A stretch of DNA of 63,595 bases, filler included, from Clostridiaceae bacterium (GCA_012839865.1; 3 parts of 3 records of this genome joined end to end with filler, not necessarily neighbours in it), one strand, 5' to 3'; counted from the first letter of the whole stretch, positions 1 to 11,140 are shown. The notes: generated by a model from the sequence alone, not told the origin. Numbers and translations: made by a program.

Positions 1-119
1 GTTTGGAAAAGAATAAAATTTGAAGTGTTATGTTAACTATGACTTTTAATGGGTCGAACAGTGGCTTTTGTCACTGATTTAATACAATATTAATTGTACA
101 AGGAGGTAATTTAATAATG

Positions 120-3022
120 ATTTCAATCCACGCCCCTGCGTGAGGGGCGACAAGTCAAAGAAGGTCAAAGTCAAAGAAGGTCAAAATTTCAATCCACGCC
201 CCTGCGTGAGGGGCGACATCAACAACTTATTCGCAAATAAACATAGTCAAAATTTCAATCCACGCCCCTGCGTGAGGGGCGACTGCATTTCCTTTTTTAT
301 CCAATTAGCTAACTGTATATTTCAATCCACGCCCCTGCGTGAGGGGCGACTCATGTTATAATTGGAGATAATAAATATACAAGCCTATTTCAATCCACGC
401 CCCTGCGTGAGGGGCGACAGCACATATAATCAGGCAGTATTTCATTGAGGTTATTTCAATCCACGCCCCTGCGTGAGGGGCGACAAGAACTTCTACCTAC
501 TGACAAAGCTGTAGGAGTAATTTCAATCCACGCCCCTGCGTGAGGGGCGACCTGCAGGGGTGCCGTTCTTTTTTAAACAACATGGTATTTCAATCCACGC
601 CCCTGCGTGAGGGGCGACTTCAATGGATTGGGGGATATCTGCAAAATCAGACCTATTTCAATCCACGCCCCTGCGTGAGGGGCGACACATCCTCATGGAT
701 GCTTCCGGATGCCTCACAATATTTCAATCCACGCCCCTGCGTGAGGGGCGACGAACTGGAGAAGATACCGGTACGCATCGATGAAGTATTTCAATCCACG
801 CCCCTGCGTGAGGGGCGACTAGCGAACCAATCCGGTACCGGTACGCCCACAAATTTCAATCCACGCCCCTGCGTGAGGGGCGACGCCGCAACCACGCCGC
901 CCGCCTGTATGTCAAGTAGAATTTCAATCCACGCCCCTGCGTGAGGGGCGACATGCTACTAGTGCCGGCTCAATATATATTGAGAAATTTCAATCCACGC
1001 CCCTGCGTGAGGGGCGACGATAAAAACAAATGAGTTAAAAGGCATTATAGTCAAATTTCAATCCACGCCCCTGCGTGAGGGGCGACATTATATCACTGGA
1101 TATGGTGGGGTGTCAAGAAAGATTTCAATCCACGCCCCTGCGTGAGGGGCGACTAAGGCTATGGCGCAATTCAACAAGGCCAAGGCAATTTCAATCCACG
1201 CCCCTGCGTGAGGGGCGACGAAAACGTATTATATTCAGAATGTGACCCAAAAAGATTTCAATCCACGCCCCTGCGTGAGGGGCGACGCTGGCCGCATGAC
1301 GGGCAGGTATCAAGCTTCAGATTTCAATCCACGCCCCTGCGTGAGGGGCGACATAAAAACAAATGAGCTAAAAGGCATTATAGTCAAATTTCAATCCACG
1401 CCCCTGCGTGAGGGGCGACTTTCGATAAGGTAGTAAAAAACCGCAAAGCAAAAGATTTCAATCCACGCCCCTGCGTGAGGGGCGACCTCTATTGGATGGG
1501 TTCACTTTGCTTTTATATGGAATTTCAATCCACGCCCCTGCGTGAGGGGCGACCCATTCTTTACTATTTATTGGATACGATGAATAAATTTCAATCCACG
1601 CCCCTGCGTGAGGGGCGACTCATCGCCAGCGATGCTAAACTTGGCAAACTGGCTATTTCAATCCACGCCCCTGCGTGAGGGGCGACGACATCCTCATGGA
1701 CGCCACTGGGTGCCTGACCATATTTCAATCCACGCCCCTGCGTGAGGGGCGACCCACGCACAAGGAGTTTGCTCAGGAGATGGCCAGATTTCAATCCACG
1801 CCCCTGCGTGAGGGGCGACCATCAACGCCAAGAGCGATACCATCAAGTATAACATTTCAATCCACGCCCCTGCGTGAGGGGCGACCTACAAAAAAGGCGA
1901 CAGTTATCTACCGTACCAGATTTCAATCCACGCCCCTGCGTGAGGGGCGACGTATGCGCAATAATTTTGCCGTCTGCATGTGCCGGATTTCAATCCACGC
2001 CCCTGCGTGAGGGGCGACTGATAGGCAATTTACAGACATTATGACCTGGCAAATTTCAATCCACGCCCCTGCGTGAGGGGCGACCTTTTATTTTTTGCAA
2101 ATAACACGAAAGCGAGGGATATTTCAATCCACGCCCCTGCGTGAGGGGCGACGGGAATCAGTATGAGGGTTAAGGGAATCAGCAGGATTTCAATCCACGC
2201 CCCTGCGTGAGGGGCGACGAATGCGAGATAAGGAGTTGATAAAAAGATGTTGATTTCAATCCACGCCCCTGCGTGAGGGGCGACAAAATCACTTGATTTT
2301 TTGCGCCCTTTGAGTAATATTTCAATCCACGCCCCTGCGTGAGGGGCGACCTAAACCGGCACAAAGTAAATGAGGAGGCAGCGAAATATTTCAATCCACG
2401 CCCCTGCGTGAGGGGCGACTACGTTGGCTAGTGAAATCCTCTTGACACCATTATATTTCAATCCACGCCCCTGCGTGAGGGGCGACTTATGAGAAGTACC
2501 TCAAGCCCGCTCAAACAGTAAATTTCAATCCACGCCCCTGCGTGAGGGGCGACACCACGGTAATTGTGGAGTGTTTGCCGATAGATACGATTTCAATCCA
2601 CGCCCCTGCGTGAGGGGCGACAACACGTGGCCTGGATTGGTTAGCTCACAAACTTATTATTTCAATCCACGCCCCTGCGTGAGGGGCGACTTTACCTGCC
2701 TGTTAATATTTACAGTGGACGGCACATTTCAATCCACGCCCCTGCGTGAGGGGCGACCCCCCAATCCATTGAACCTGACACATCAATGAGCAATTTCAAT
2801 CCACGCCCCTGCGTGAGGGGCGACGGTCAGGGCTTCTGCGGCACGAGTGCCGTCGATATTTCAATCCACGCCCCTGCGTGAGGGGCGACAAGTTTTAACT
2901 ACAGATGATAAAATTTACAGCATGATTTCAATCCACGCCCCTGCGTGAGGGGCGACAAGATAGTCAAAGTCAAAGATAGTCAAAGTCAAAATTTCAATCC
3001 ACGCCCCTGCGTGAGGGGCGAC
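120..3022 (-). CRISPR. Type I-C CRISPR array, 44 identical 32-bp repeats / 43 spacers of 33-37 bp; transcribed on the minus strand from the cas2-side leader
   Basis: Repeat GTCGCCCCTCACGCAGGGGCGTGGATTGAAAT (minus strand) counted by hand 44 times. It has a 7-bp stem CGCCCCT/AGGGGCG and an 11-nt 3' tail typical of I-C repeats, and sits next to I-C cas genes. Confidence 0.98.
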
Positions 3023-3192
3023 AGCAAAACTGCACAAATAATACCTTTATCCTTTTAACTTTATTGTGCAATTTCAACAAAGCTATATCATAATACCGAT
3101 CATAATGTTACATAATGGGATTTAGATAAACAATTTTATACATATTTTATTCGCGAATACCCCTGGTTTTTAATGTTAGCATCACGTTCGCG
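3023..3192 (-). promoter_or_regulatory. CRISPR leader
   Basis: AT-rich non-coding segment between the cas2 stop and the first repeat; contains GCGAA/TTCGC motifs commonly seen in I-C leaders. Confidence 0.8.
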
Positions 3193-3483
3193 CTAAACTA
3201 TTAGTGTTCCTTCCACATCAAATGAAGGCTTTGCACCAATATGGATAACTTTATTTTTATAATTATTACCCAAAAAATAGAATCGCAAGCTATCTTTCTC
3301 AGCATCTATAATTTTCTCCAGTTTATACTGTACTTCTCTACATTTTGCAGCATCCATTACACATTCAAAAACAGAATTCTGAACTCGTTGTCCGCAATTT
3401 AAACACTGTTTTGCCACCTTTCTAAGTCTCGTTTTCCCTGCTGCAGTTTCAGTATTTACATCATAAGTAATTAAAACCATCAT
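3193..3483 (-). CDS. cas2: CRISPR-associated endoribonuclease Cas2
   Basis: 96 aa; N-terminal VLITYDV, RVQNSVFEC, DSLRFY motifs. Confidence 0.97.
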   Translation of the reverse strand: MMVLITYDVNTETAAGKTRLRKVAKQCLNCGQRVQNSVFECVMDAAKCREVQYKLEKIIDAEKDSLRFYFLGNNYKNKVIHIGAKPSFDVEGTLIV

Positions 3484-3493
3484 TTACACTTAC

Positions 3494-4525
3494 CTACCTC
3501 CATAAAAATGGGGGATATGCATCAAGATCACCGCGAATAAATCGTGCCAGAAGCAAGGACTGTACATAACCTACTAGACCCCATTCTATTTTTTCTTCAA
3601 GAAACGGATGAATAATTTTTTCTTGTTTTTTCTCTTGCCACAGAGTTAGAATGGCTCTTCTCGTATCATCATCCATAATCACAGATCCATTTTCCTTCTT
3701 AATAAAACCACTTTTGCTTACAACTCTTCTGTTTATAAGCGATAATACAAATCTGTCTGCGTAAACCGGCCGGAGCTCTTCCATCAAGTCAAGGGCAAGA
3801 GAAGCTCTCCCCGGTCTGTCACGGTGTAAAAAACCTACATAAGGATCAAGACCAACAGTTTCAAGCGATGCACATATATCATTGGCCATGAGGGTATATA
3901 CAAATGAAAGCATGGCATTAACATTGTCAAGAGGAGGACGTTTATTCCGGTTTTCAAAATAGAAGTTGTCTTTCTGTTGTAATATAAAATCATCAAATAC
4001 ACCAAAATACTTGTTTGCACACTCACCTTCCAAGCCTCTTAATTGTTCCAGGTTTTCACATTCAGCAATAACCTTAAGTGAATCAGCAATTGATGAAGAT
4101 ACCTTTTTTAGCTTTTCGACATCAAGTCTCAGCGCATGATCACGAGTAAACCTTTCAATAACACATCTTGAGTTATGTACCTTTCCAATTATAAAGCTCT
4201 TTGCAATTTTTGCGCTTTCATATTCATTTTCTGATAAGCGATATTGGGTTTTCCGAAGGGTCACATTCCCTCTAACTTCACCTATAATTCTGGCAAGGAA
4301 TTTTCCAGAGGGTGTCATAAAGCAAAGATTTATATTACGTTTTGCACATGCCCCCATTAGAGCTGGACTTGCCCCTGTATAACCGAATGCAACAATACTC
4401 TCCAGATTATGAAGAGGAATCCTGGAAACCTCTTCATTCTCTTTTTTTATGACTATATTTTCTCCATCAAGTGATAAATAAGCATCACTTGAAGTTACAT
4501 AAAGAGTATTTAAAAGCTTTCTCAT
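3494..4525 (-). CDS. cas1: CRISPR-associated endonuclease Cas1 (I-C)
   Basis: 343 aa; LLNTLYVT start, RGLEG, NAMLSFVY, LALDLMEELRP motifs. Confidence 0.98.
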   Translation of the reverse strand: MRKLLNTLYVTSSDAYLSLDGENIVIKKENEEVSRIPLHNLESIVAFGYTGASPALMGACAKRNINLCFMTPSGKFLARIIGEVRGNVTLRKTQYRLSENEYESAKIAKSFIIGKVHNSRCVIERFTRDHALRLDVEKLKKVSSSIADSLKVIAECENLEQLRGLEGECANKYFGVFDDFILQQKDNFYFENRNKRPPLDNVNAMLSFVYTLMANDICASLETVGLDPYVGFLHRDRPGRASLALDLMEELRPVYADRFVLSLINRRVVSKSGFIKKENGSVIMDDDTRRAILTLWQEKKQEKIIHPFLEEKIEWGLVGYVQSLLLARFIRGDLDAYPPFLWR

Positions 4526-5190
4526 AAAAAATTCTCCGTAATTGCGCTTTGTATATATTTTATTGCAGATTGGTTTTTACATAATTTAGGAAGGCAAATC
4601 TCAGTCAGCGAGCAAGCTTTGCAACTTTTCGAGATTCTTACCTTTGGGGTATGTCTTCGATTATACAGTTCATGCATTTCCTTTAATATTGTTTTAACCT
4701 TCCCCCGCAAATCACTTGTAAATTCAATTTTCAATCGGTGATTTGTTTCACCATAGAATAAGTACCCTTCATCAATTCTACAAGATAGCATTTCCTCAAG
4801 GCACATCGCCTGTACACAAAGCTGAAGTTCATCAGCATCATGTTCTTCTTTTGGTTTACCACGTTTATATTCTATAGGTACAGGTAAATAAAGCCCTTCT
4901 CTGCCATGTATTTTTACTCCCTTATCTGAACGGTGAAACTCAACAACATCACATTTTCCATATACCCCCAAGTTGTGAGAGATGACTGCTATTCCCCTGG
5001 AAACTATTATATTATGCCTTTTCTCAGACAACTCCCAATCATGCGCTCTCTCATGCAATATTTCGCCCTCTATAGTCCTTATATTTTCCTGCCATTGCTG
5101 CTCAATATGTATGAGAGCCCATTGCCTCCTGCAAAAGGCAAAATGCTGTATACCTGAAATCATTAAAAGGTTATCTTCGCTATACTCCAT
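4522..5190 (-). CDS. cas4: CRISPR-associated exonuclease Cas4
   Basis: HFAFCRRQWAL, GKCDVVE, PIEYKRG and QLCVQAMCLEEM RecB-like motifs; C-terminal CxxCSLxxxC Fe-S cysteines. Confidence 0.97.
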   Translation of the reverse strand: MEYSEDNLLMISGIQHFAFCRRQWALIHIEQQWQENIRTIEGEILHERAHDWELSEKRHNIIVSRGIAVISHNLGVYGKCDVVEFHRSDKGVKIHGREGLYLPVPIEYKRGKPKEEHDADELQLCVQAMCLEEMLSCRIDEGYLFYGETNHRLKIEFTSDLRGKVKTILKEMHELYNRRHTPKVRISKSCKACSLTEICLPKLCKNQSAIKYIQSAITENFL

Positions 5191-6046
5191 CATACACCTC
5201 AGGAGTCAAATCATCTAAATCTTCTGTATAGATGTTGTAGTCGCTAATGTCTTTAGGCTCAATACTTTTATCAACCAATTCAACCTTCAGGGTTCTATGC
5301 ACTTTTGCTGCTGAGTACTGCCCGAATTCATTATTATGCGTCCACCAGTAAACCTTGACAACCTCCATACTCCCCTCCGGTCTTGCTGATGAGGAATCAT
5401 TTACAAAAAGTGTCCTTAATGCTTCTTTAATTAGTTCACCATCTTCATGGCTGAATCCTGTCTTTTCAGCCAGTTGTGTACTTATACTGCCATAAAACAC
5501 ATATACTCCAAAATCAACCCGGTGTTTCATACCCATAGTGTCTGAACCTTTTTTGTCTGGATCCTTGCCTGTTTCCGCATTAACACTTTTTGTAATTTGC
5601 AAACTGGTAACTTGTATCGGGGATACGCTAAACGCAGGATGCAAAGAGACAGGTCCTCTGATTCCAATAGAAACCGAACTGTCATCATCAGTTTTTCCAA
5701 ATGCAAAAACCTGTCCAAAGCTTCTTACATCAATCCATTTTGAACAAGCTATTGAAGCAAATAATTCTTTATTTTTACCTGCCGCTTTAAGTTCTTCGCA
5801 TGAATCAACACGTTCCTTAAGACTTCTGCATTTATCGGTTCTTCTGTCGTCTGATTGGACAAAAATCTCATAGCCCATATCCTGCAAGCGATTTCTTATC
5901 TTTCTCTTTAAACATACGTCAGAAATTTCACCTAGGCCACTATAAGTTTCCCTGGGCCGGTTCCCATTTAAAGGATCTCCGTTAGGATTAGCGCTCTTTA
6001 CACTTAATACAACAGCAAAATCAATTTTATTAACTAGCTTACCCAT
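5180..6046 (-). CDS. cas7c: Cas7/Csd2 Cascade backbone (I-C)
   Basis: NPNGDP, SDVCLKRKIRN, DVRSFGQVF, RGPVS, TMGMKH motifs. Confidence 0.97.
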   Translation of the reverse strand: MGKLVNKIDFAVVLSVKSANPNGDPLNGNRPRETYSGLGEISDVCLKRKIRNRLQDMGYEIFVQSDDRRTDKCRSLKERVDSCEELKAAGKNKELFASIACSKWIDVRSFGQVFAFGKTDDDSSVSIGIRGPVSLHPAFSVSPIQVTSLQITKSVNAETGKDPDKKGSDTMGMKHRVDFGVYVFYGSISTQLAEKTGFSHEDGELIKEALRTLFVNDSSSARPEGSMEVVKVYWWTHNNEFGQYSAAKVHRTLKVELVDKSIEPKDISDYNIYTEDLDDLTPEVYDGV

Positions 6047-6073
6047 ATTTTTTATTCTCCTTTGCTTATTTAA

Positions 6074-8023
6074 TTAATTTTCCATTTGATGTTCAAGTTT
6101 GTTTTTTTCTTTTTTTGCAATATTTTCATTTTTTTCATCAATGAAAACTTGTCGCTGGCATGCATAACCTAATAAGTAACTATTATCAAGTGGTTCTATG
6201 CTCGTAAACTCCTTAAAGGGTATTAATGAGGTTACTTTAGTCATTAATTCATTATATTTTCTGGCTTGATTGCCTAACCTCGATTGATATGGCCTCAGTT
6301 TATCAACAATAATACCCCATGTTTTATACGGATGTAGTCTAAACTGATGCATATATCTTTCTGCATTTGTCTCCCTTTTTTCGCCTGCAATATTTAGCGC
6401 CCATTCTTCAATTTGATGAGCAATAGCAAGAAGCCTGCCAAATAGGTAACTCCTGTCCATTTGATTTTCATCCAAACTCATGGTCCATACCTCCTTATTT
6501 TTATCAAATTGAAATTTTCTGATAAGAGCACACGCTATACTGAGAGTTTTTTCCCACTCCCATTTTTCCATAGGTACCGGGTTTGACGCCCTATTCACTG
6601 CTGAATTGACAATATCATACGGTACCCGCGCACCATCAATTATGCATGGTAAAAGTCTTTCAACTGTCGCTTTTTTTAGTTTATTTCCAGAACTATCACT
6701 TGATTTTGATACTTTGTCTCCATAAGCTGCAAACGCAATATCTATCGGTGCCGGTGCCCCAGTAAATGTGATGTGCTTATATTTATCTTTTCCTTTCTCA
6801 TCAACCCCGTCAGCGACAATTTTGTATGTGTGTCTCCATACGCAACTGCTATGCCAGTTCTTCACTCTTTCAAGAAACTCAGAGCCACTAAGTTCACGAT
6901 AATAAGTAATTGCAAGTCTTCCTGTGGTTGCCGAGTCCAGGCACATAATCACTACTTCGGCTTTAGTATCCAAATCGCATCCATAACCTGCTATTGCTTT
7001 ATTCAACCTGCGTGCGAATTCTTCTTCCGTATATGCTGAACCTGTGGTCTCCTGGATACTGTCCATAAGAATATCTTCTGTGTCGTTAAATGCAGGCGGT
7101 ATTTTCTCATTTTTAGTTCCCCAGGCAACTACAACCTGATCCCCATTCCTATAACCTTGTTTATCAATCAACCATCGAAGAGCATTATGTGCTTTTTGAG
7201 TTACTTCATAGCTTACACTGACAACCTGTTCTTTATCAGAAAACCTACCCCTGAATGTAAAACCATCTGTATCATTGGCTGATATTAGTTTTGCTTTATC
7301 TCCTGCGTACCTTATCTTAGAAGAGTGCTTGTCCGAGCACCTTACTTTTTCTCCCTTTACATAACACAAGTCTATATTGCCTTCCATGCTGAGGTAATAA
7401 TTGGTAAAACTATCCCAGACCTGTCTGTCAAGCCATACTTGAGGAACACTATCACCCGGAATATTCACTCTGAAACGTACAAAAGCTTCACTTTGAGATG
7501 AATTTAGCACTTTAAAAATTTGCGGCGTTTCATTTTTCTTTCCGTTCCATTTCTTTAAAAGCTTATTATTCTCATCACAGTATAAAATCCCATTTTTAAC
7601 TAAGTCAAAAATTAATGTTCGTTTTTTCAAATATGTTAATATTGCAGCGACTTTTTCATTTCTATATTCTGAGTTCACCCAATTCTGCAATTGTGAAATA
7701 TAATCATCAAAGGAGCTTTTTCCTTTCTCTACATATTTAGAAAAATCTCCAGCCACATATTGCAACTTGTCACATAATGGGTGTGGAACGGGTTTTGAAG
7801 TTCTGGAAGCTGAGTTCTCCGTGCATGGAATAATTGTTTCTGCTTCATCCTTTTCTACAGGCTTCGCTCCAAGAAACTCACCTTTTGAATTAATGACTAC
7901 TTCTATTTGAGCGTATTGCGTAGTGTGTGCAATAGGTAAAAGAGGCAATTTGCCAGGTATAATTTTTCCTACCTCTGTTATGCAGTTCTCATACGTGTTG
8001 TATAATTTCTGAAACCAGCTCAA
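6074..8023 (-). CDS. cas8c: Cas8c/Csd1 large subunit (TTG start)
   Basis: 649 aa; [33 protein letters not shown] motifs; lies between cas5 and cas7. Confidence 0.96.
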   Translation of the reverse strand: MSWFQKLYNTYENCITEVGKIIPGKLPLLPIAHTTQYAQIEVVINSKGEFLGAKPVEKDEAETIIPCTENSASRTSKPVPHPLCDKLQYVAGDFSKYVEKGKSSFDDYISQLQNWVNSEYRNEKVAAILTYLKKRTLIFDLVKNGILYCDENNKLLKKWNGKKNETPQIFKVLNSSQSEAFVRFRVNIPGDSVPQVWLDRQVWDSFTNYYLSMEGNIDLCYVKGEKVRCSDKHSSKIRYAGDKAKLISANDTDGFTFRGRFSDKEQVVSVSYEVTQKAHNALRWLIDKQGYRNGDQVVVAWGTKNEKIPPAFNDTEDILMDSIQETTGSAYTEEEFARRLNKAIAGYGCDLDTKAEVVIMCLDSATTGRLAITYYRELSGSEFLERVKNWHSSCVWRHTYKIVADGVDEKGKDKYKHITFTGAPAPIDIAFAAYGDKVSKSSDSSGNKLKKATVERLLPCIIDGARVPYDIVNSAVNRASNPVPMEKWEWEKTLSIACALIRKFQFDKNKEVWTMSLDENQMDRSYLFGRLLAIAHQIEEWALNIAGEKRETNAERYMHQFRLHPYKTWGIIVDKLRPYQSRLGNQARKYNELMTKVTSLIPFKEFTSIEPLDNSYLLGYACQRQVFIDEKNENIAKKEKNKLEHQMEN

Positions 8024-8739
8024 CTATCCCTCACCTCCCCAAATTCCTCCAGGCCAGTAAAATTGCTATAACCAAATTGTTTTGGTTTCATTCTGGAGAT
8101 TTCACGCTTGATAAGACATTCTTCAGGCCTTATGAACTTTATGTAGCCATTCTTCATGACTGGCTCCCAGAGTCTGGCTGCAAGCTTATTCTCGCCTGTT
8201 TCATCAGGATAGTCGAATCCGTGAAACATAAGACCAAACGACAATTCTCCATAGATATCATAATCCCCGGTTCCTTCTCCGAATTTACAGGGTTCGACAT
8301 ATCCCTGACATTCTCTGGTTCCCAGAAATATATCACGCCTTCCTCCTTTCTTTATCATTCTTTGGGCTGCAAAGTAGTGTTTGTTTTCATTCCTGTCATT
8401 TTCAAGGTCAGGCCGGTTCTGGTTCCACTCAAAATGTGCTCTAACCTGATATTCAACATCAGTCAAATAGGTATAAAATGACAGTGTATTCCCGCCAGTG
8501 TAATTAATTGGTCTCACACCCTGTGATTGAGTTTTAATGCGATTCATTACCCTCAACTCATCGATGTACCAAATAAAAGTGGGTTTCCAATAAACTGACT
8601 CAAGTATTCCCTTTAAAGCCTGATAAGTCGGTATCTGATAAGTAAACTTCTCACCTCCCATTCTGGTAATTGGATCGCTGAACAATGCACGTTTCCCATA
8701 CACTTTAAATTCAACAATGTTTGCTTTTTCCAAATTCAT
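8020..8739 (-). CDS. cas5c: Cas5c/Cas5d pre-crRNA processing endoribonuclease
   Basis: [36 protein letters not shown] motifs. Confidence 0.97.
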   Translation of the reverse strand: MNLEKANIVEFKVYGKRALFSDPITRMGGEKFTYQIPTYQALKGILESVYWKPTFIWYIDELRVMNRIKTQSQGVRPINYTGGNTLSFYTYLTDVEYQVRAHFEWNQNRPDLENDRNENKHYFAAQRMIKKGGRRDIFLGTRECQGYVEPCKFGEGTGDYDIYGELSFGLMFHGFDYPDETGENKLAARLWEPVMKNGYIKFIRPEECLIKREISRMKPKQFGYSNFTGLEEFGEVRDS

Positions 8740-8743
8740 CACC

Positions 8744-11140
8744 TCAAACTTTTATTATTAACGTTTCCATTGGCCTCCCTTCCTCAACAACACCCAAATT
8801 TTCATCATAGAAATTATCTCTTAGAGCAATAACATTACCATTCTTTAAATTGTAAATAGCATGCAACTTCTCTAATTTTGATATTTGATATTGATACAAG
8901 TTCACTGAATACTGCTGAGCTTGAACTAAGTACTTTTTCAGATTATTCATATCGCAATCGCTGTTAATCTTTAAGATTAGATCTTTACCAATATCATCAT
9001 GAGGTACTAAAATTCCGGTTGTATTTTCCTCTATAACACAAAATTCATCCCCTGCTGTCATGAAAGCCTGATGAAACATTAGTTTTGATTTATTGTTTCT
9101 GCTTTCATAAGCCTTCACACCAATGCTGTTTTTGTCCAACAAGTCAAATAAATATACATTCTTTTTAGGCAAATAATAATCCATCTCTGCCTTCACATAA
9201 GGATCATTAAAATAATACTGGTAATAGATATTCATAGCTGCAGGTGAAAGCAGGTCCATATCAAATCTCTCCGGATCCTCTTTAAACTCATCAAATATTC
9301 TTTCCGAACATTCCTTCCCTCTTTTAATATCCTGTAGTTTCGCCAGGTTCTCATCTTTTACATTCACCACGAATACATCCCTGCAATCCACCTCAGCATG
9401 CCGGTTGCATCTCCCAGCTGCCTGGGCTATGGAATCAAGACCGGCTAATGCTCTTATGACGCAATCAAACGAAATGTTTACTCCCGCTTCAATCATTTGT
9501 GTACTTACGCAGATTACCTTACAACGCCCTAACTTACCTTTAATTTTATCAAGTACATCCAACCTGTGTGCCGGACACATATTTGTACTTAAATGAAAAA
9601 TATGATATTGCTCCTCCTCATGTAGCTGTTTATTAATCTGGCTAATAGTTTTAAAAACCTCTGCTGCTGTTGTTTTTGTATTAAAAACAGCGAGCACACT
9701 ATTTACAGACTCCATTTGATACAATATAAAGTCTGCCAATTGCTCAGTACTATATCCCCCAACAATACGTTTATCATACAATTTTACACGTTTAAACTTT
9801 CTGAAGTTCTCTTTCACAGATGTAACAATGTTTGGATTGTCACTTAACTTTAAGGGTTTTGCTGTCCCGGAGAGCAAAGGCTGTGTTGCGCTGCAAAGAA
9901 CAATTGTTGAGTTGCATATTGATGCGAGGAAGTTAATTAATCCGTTGAAAAGGTGTATACACTTTACAGGCAATGCTTGAATTTCATCAAATATAATTAC
10001 AGAGTTCGCAAGATTGTGCATCCGCCGTATGTTCTGTGTTCCCCCGCTAAAAACGGTATTTAAAAATTGTACCATTGTAGTCAGTATTATTGGAGAATCC
10101 CAGCGTTCGGTAAGCAGTTTATATTTCTCATCTTCTGTATCTCTGATCAAATTTGAATGATGCTCCAAAATTTCATTTTCATTTTTCAATATATCCTTAA
10201 TATCTTTTGCGTTTTGGTCAATTATCGTGGTATAGGGTATTATATAAAATATTCGTTCTTTCTTATACTCAATTGCATGTTCAAGAGCAAACCTAAGACT
10301 TGAAAGAGTCTTGCCCCCTCCTGTGGGAACACATAATTGATACACTCCAGTTCCATTTTTCCCGGCAAATTCTTTGCAAGAGTAAGAAATTTCACTTCGC
10401 AGTTTATCAATATTTTTTTCTTTAGGTAAGCTATAAAGGCAGCATTCTAATTTTTCAGAAAAATCATGCCATAATTCTAATACATCAACCTCTCTAATAT
10501 CAGATAAATTCAAATCAAATTTATAAGAATCGAATCTATCTGCATCAATAAGACAGCTGAACAAGTATTTAATTAATAAATGAACTGAAAAGCGCAACGG
10601 ATTTATGCACTTTCTTAACTTCGGGAGTATGGCTTTGACTTCTTCTACAGCCATACTAATAACTTTGCTAATCTGTTCTGCTGTAAAACACTCAGAACAA
10701 AACGTATTCACAGATTCTTCATAAAATATTTCGCTGTCAGGATTAACTCTTGCAGAAAAGCAATCTCTTCCACTTAAATCCAATACATCAATTAAGCCAC
10801 CGTGATGACTGCATATAATATGAGAAATAATTTGCGCAGTTAATTTTTGATATTGATCAGTTGTAGAAAAAAAGTTATCAAAGCAATATTTAGCCCCTGC
10901 AGATGCATGGTTAACTTTCCCCCTTAATGATTTGTCATCAGGGTTTTCAAAACTGTACCTTAAATAGCTTTCAAACTCCTGTTTTGCTTTACCCATATCA
11001 TGCTTTAAAGCTACAGCTTTACCCATGTGCGGCATTCCAATTTTCCCGGCAAACTGCATACATAGTTTGGCAACCCCCTCAACGTGCTCTTTAACTGTCT
11101 GTTCGCTTTTATCACATCTTCTAATGCGAGCAATCCTCAC
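8744..11140 (-). CDS. cas3: Cas3 HD nuclease-helicase (likely GTG start at 11140)
   Basis: HD domain (HDMGK, HH, DADRFDS), Walker [39 protein letters not shown] upstream of the GTG. Confidence 0.97.
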   Translation of the reverse strand: MRIARIRRCDKSEQTVKEHVEGVAKLCMQFAGKIGMPHMGKAVALKHDMGKAKQEFESYLRYSFENPDDKSLRGKVNHASAGAKYCFDNFFSTTDQYQKLTAQIISHIICSHHGGLIDVLDLSGRDCFSARVNPDSEIFYEESVNTFCSECFTAEQISKVISMAVEEVKAILPKLRKCINPLRFSVHLLIKYLFSCLIDADRFDSYKFDLNLSDIREVDVLELWHDFSEKLECCLYSLPKEKNIDKLRSEISYSCKEFAGKNGTGVYQLCVPTGGGKTLSSLRFALEHAIEYKKERIFYIIPYTTIIDQNAKDIKDILKNENEILEHHSNLIRDTEDEKYKLLTERWDSPIILTTMVQFLNTVFSGGTQNIRRMHNLANSVIIFDEIQALPVKCIHLFNGLINFLASICNSTIVLCSATQPLLSGTAKPLKLSDNPNIVTSVKENFRKFKRVKLYDKRIVGGYSTEQLADFILYQMESVNSVLAVFNTKTTAAEVFKTISQINKQLHEEEQYHIFHLSTNMCPAHRLDVLDKIKGKLGRCKVICVSTQMIEAGVNISFDCVIRALAGLDSIAQAAGRCNRHAEVDCRDVFVVNVKDENLAKLQDIKRGKECSERIFDEFKEDPERFDMDLLSPAAMNIYYQYYFNDPYVKAEMDYYLPKKNVYLFDLLDKNSIGVKAYESRNNKSKLMFHQAFMTAGDEFCVIEENTTGILVPHDDIGKDLILKINSDCDMNNLKKYLVQAQQYSVNLYQYQISKLEKLHAIYNLKNGNVIALRDNFYDENLGVVEEGRPMETLIIKV

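Noticed and set aside
753..852. Adjacent spacers sharing TACCGGTACGC
   Set aside because: Only 11 nt, at internal offsets with divergent flanks; cannot be an overlap of one locus.
2351..2387. Possible self-targeting of spacer to ~32545-32557 (AACCGGCACAAAG)
   Set aside because: 13-nt partial match only, not extending; no full-length self-match was noticed in the window by eye.
2420..2454. TTGACA in a spacer as an antisense promoter
   Set aside because: No -10 element at 16-18 bp; that position falls in the GC-rich repeat.
140..2789. ORFs called within the CRISPR array
   Set aside because: They are translations of repeats and spacers (recurring FQSTPLREGR / FNPRPCVRGD), not genes.
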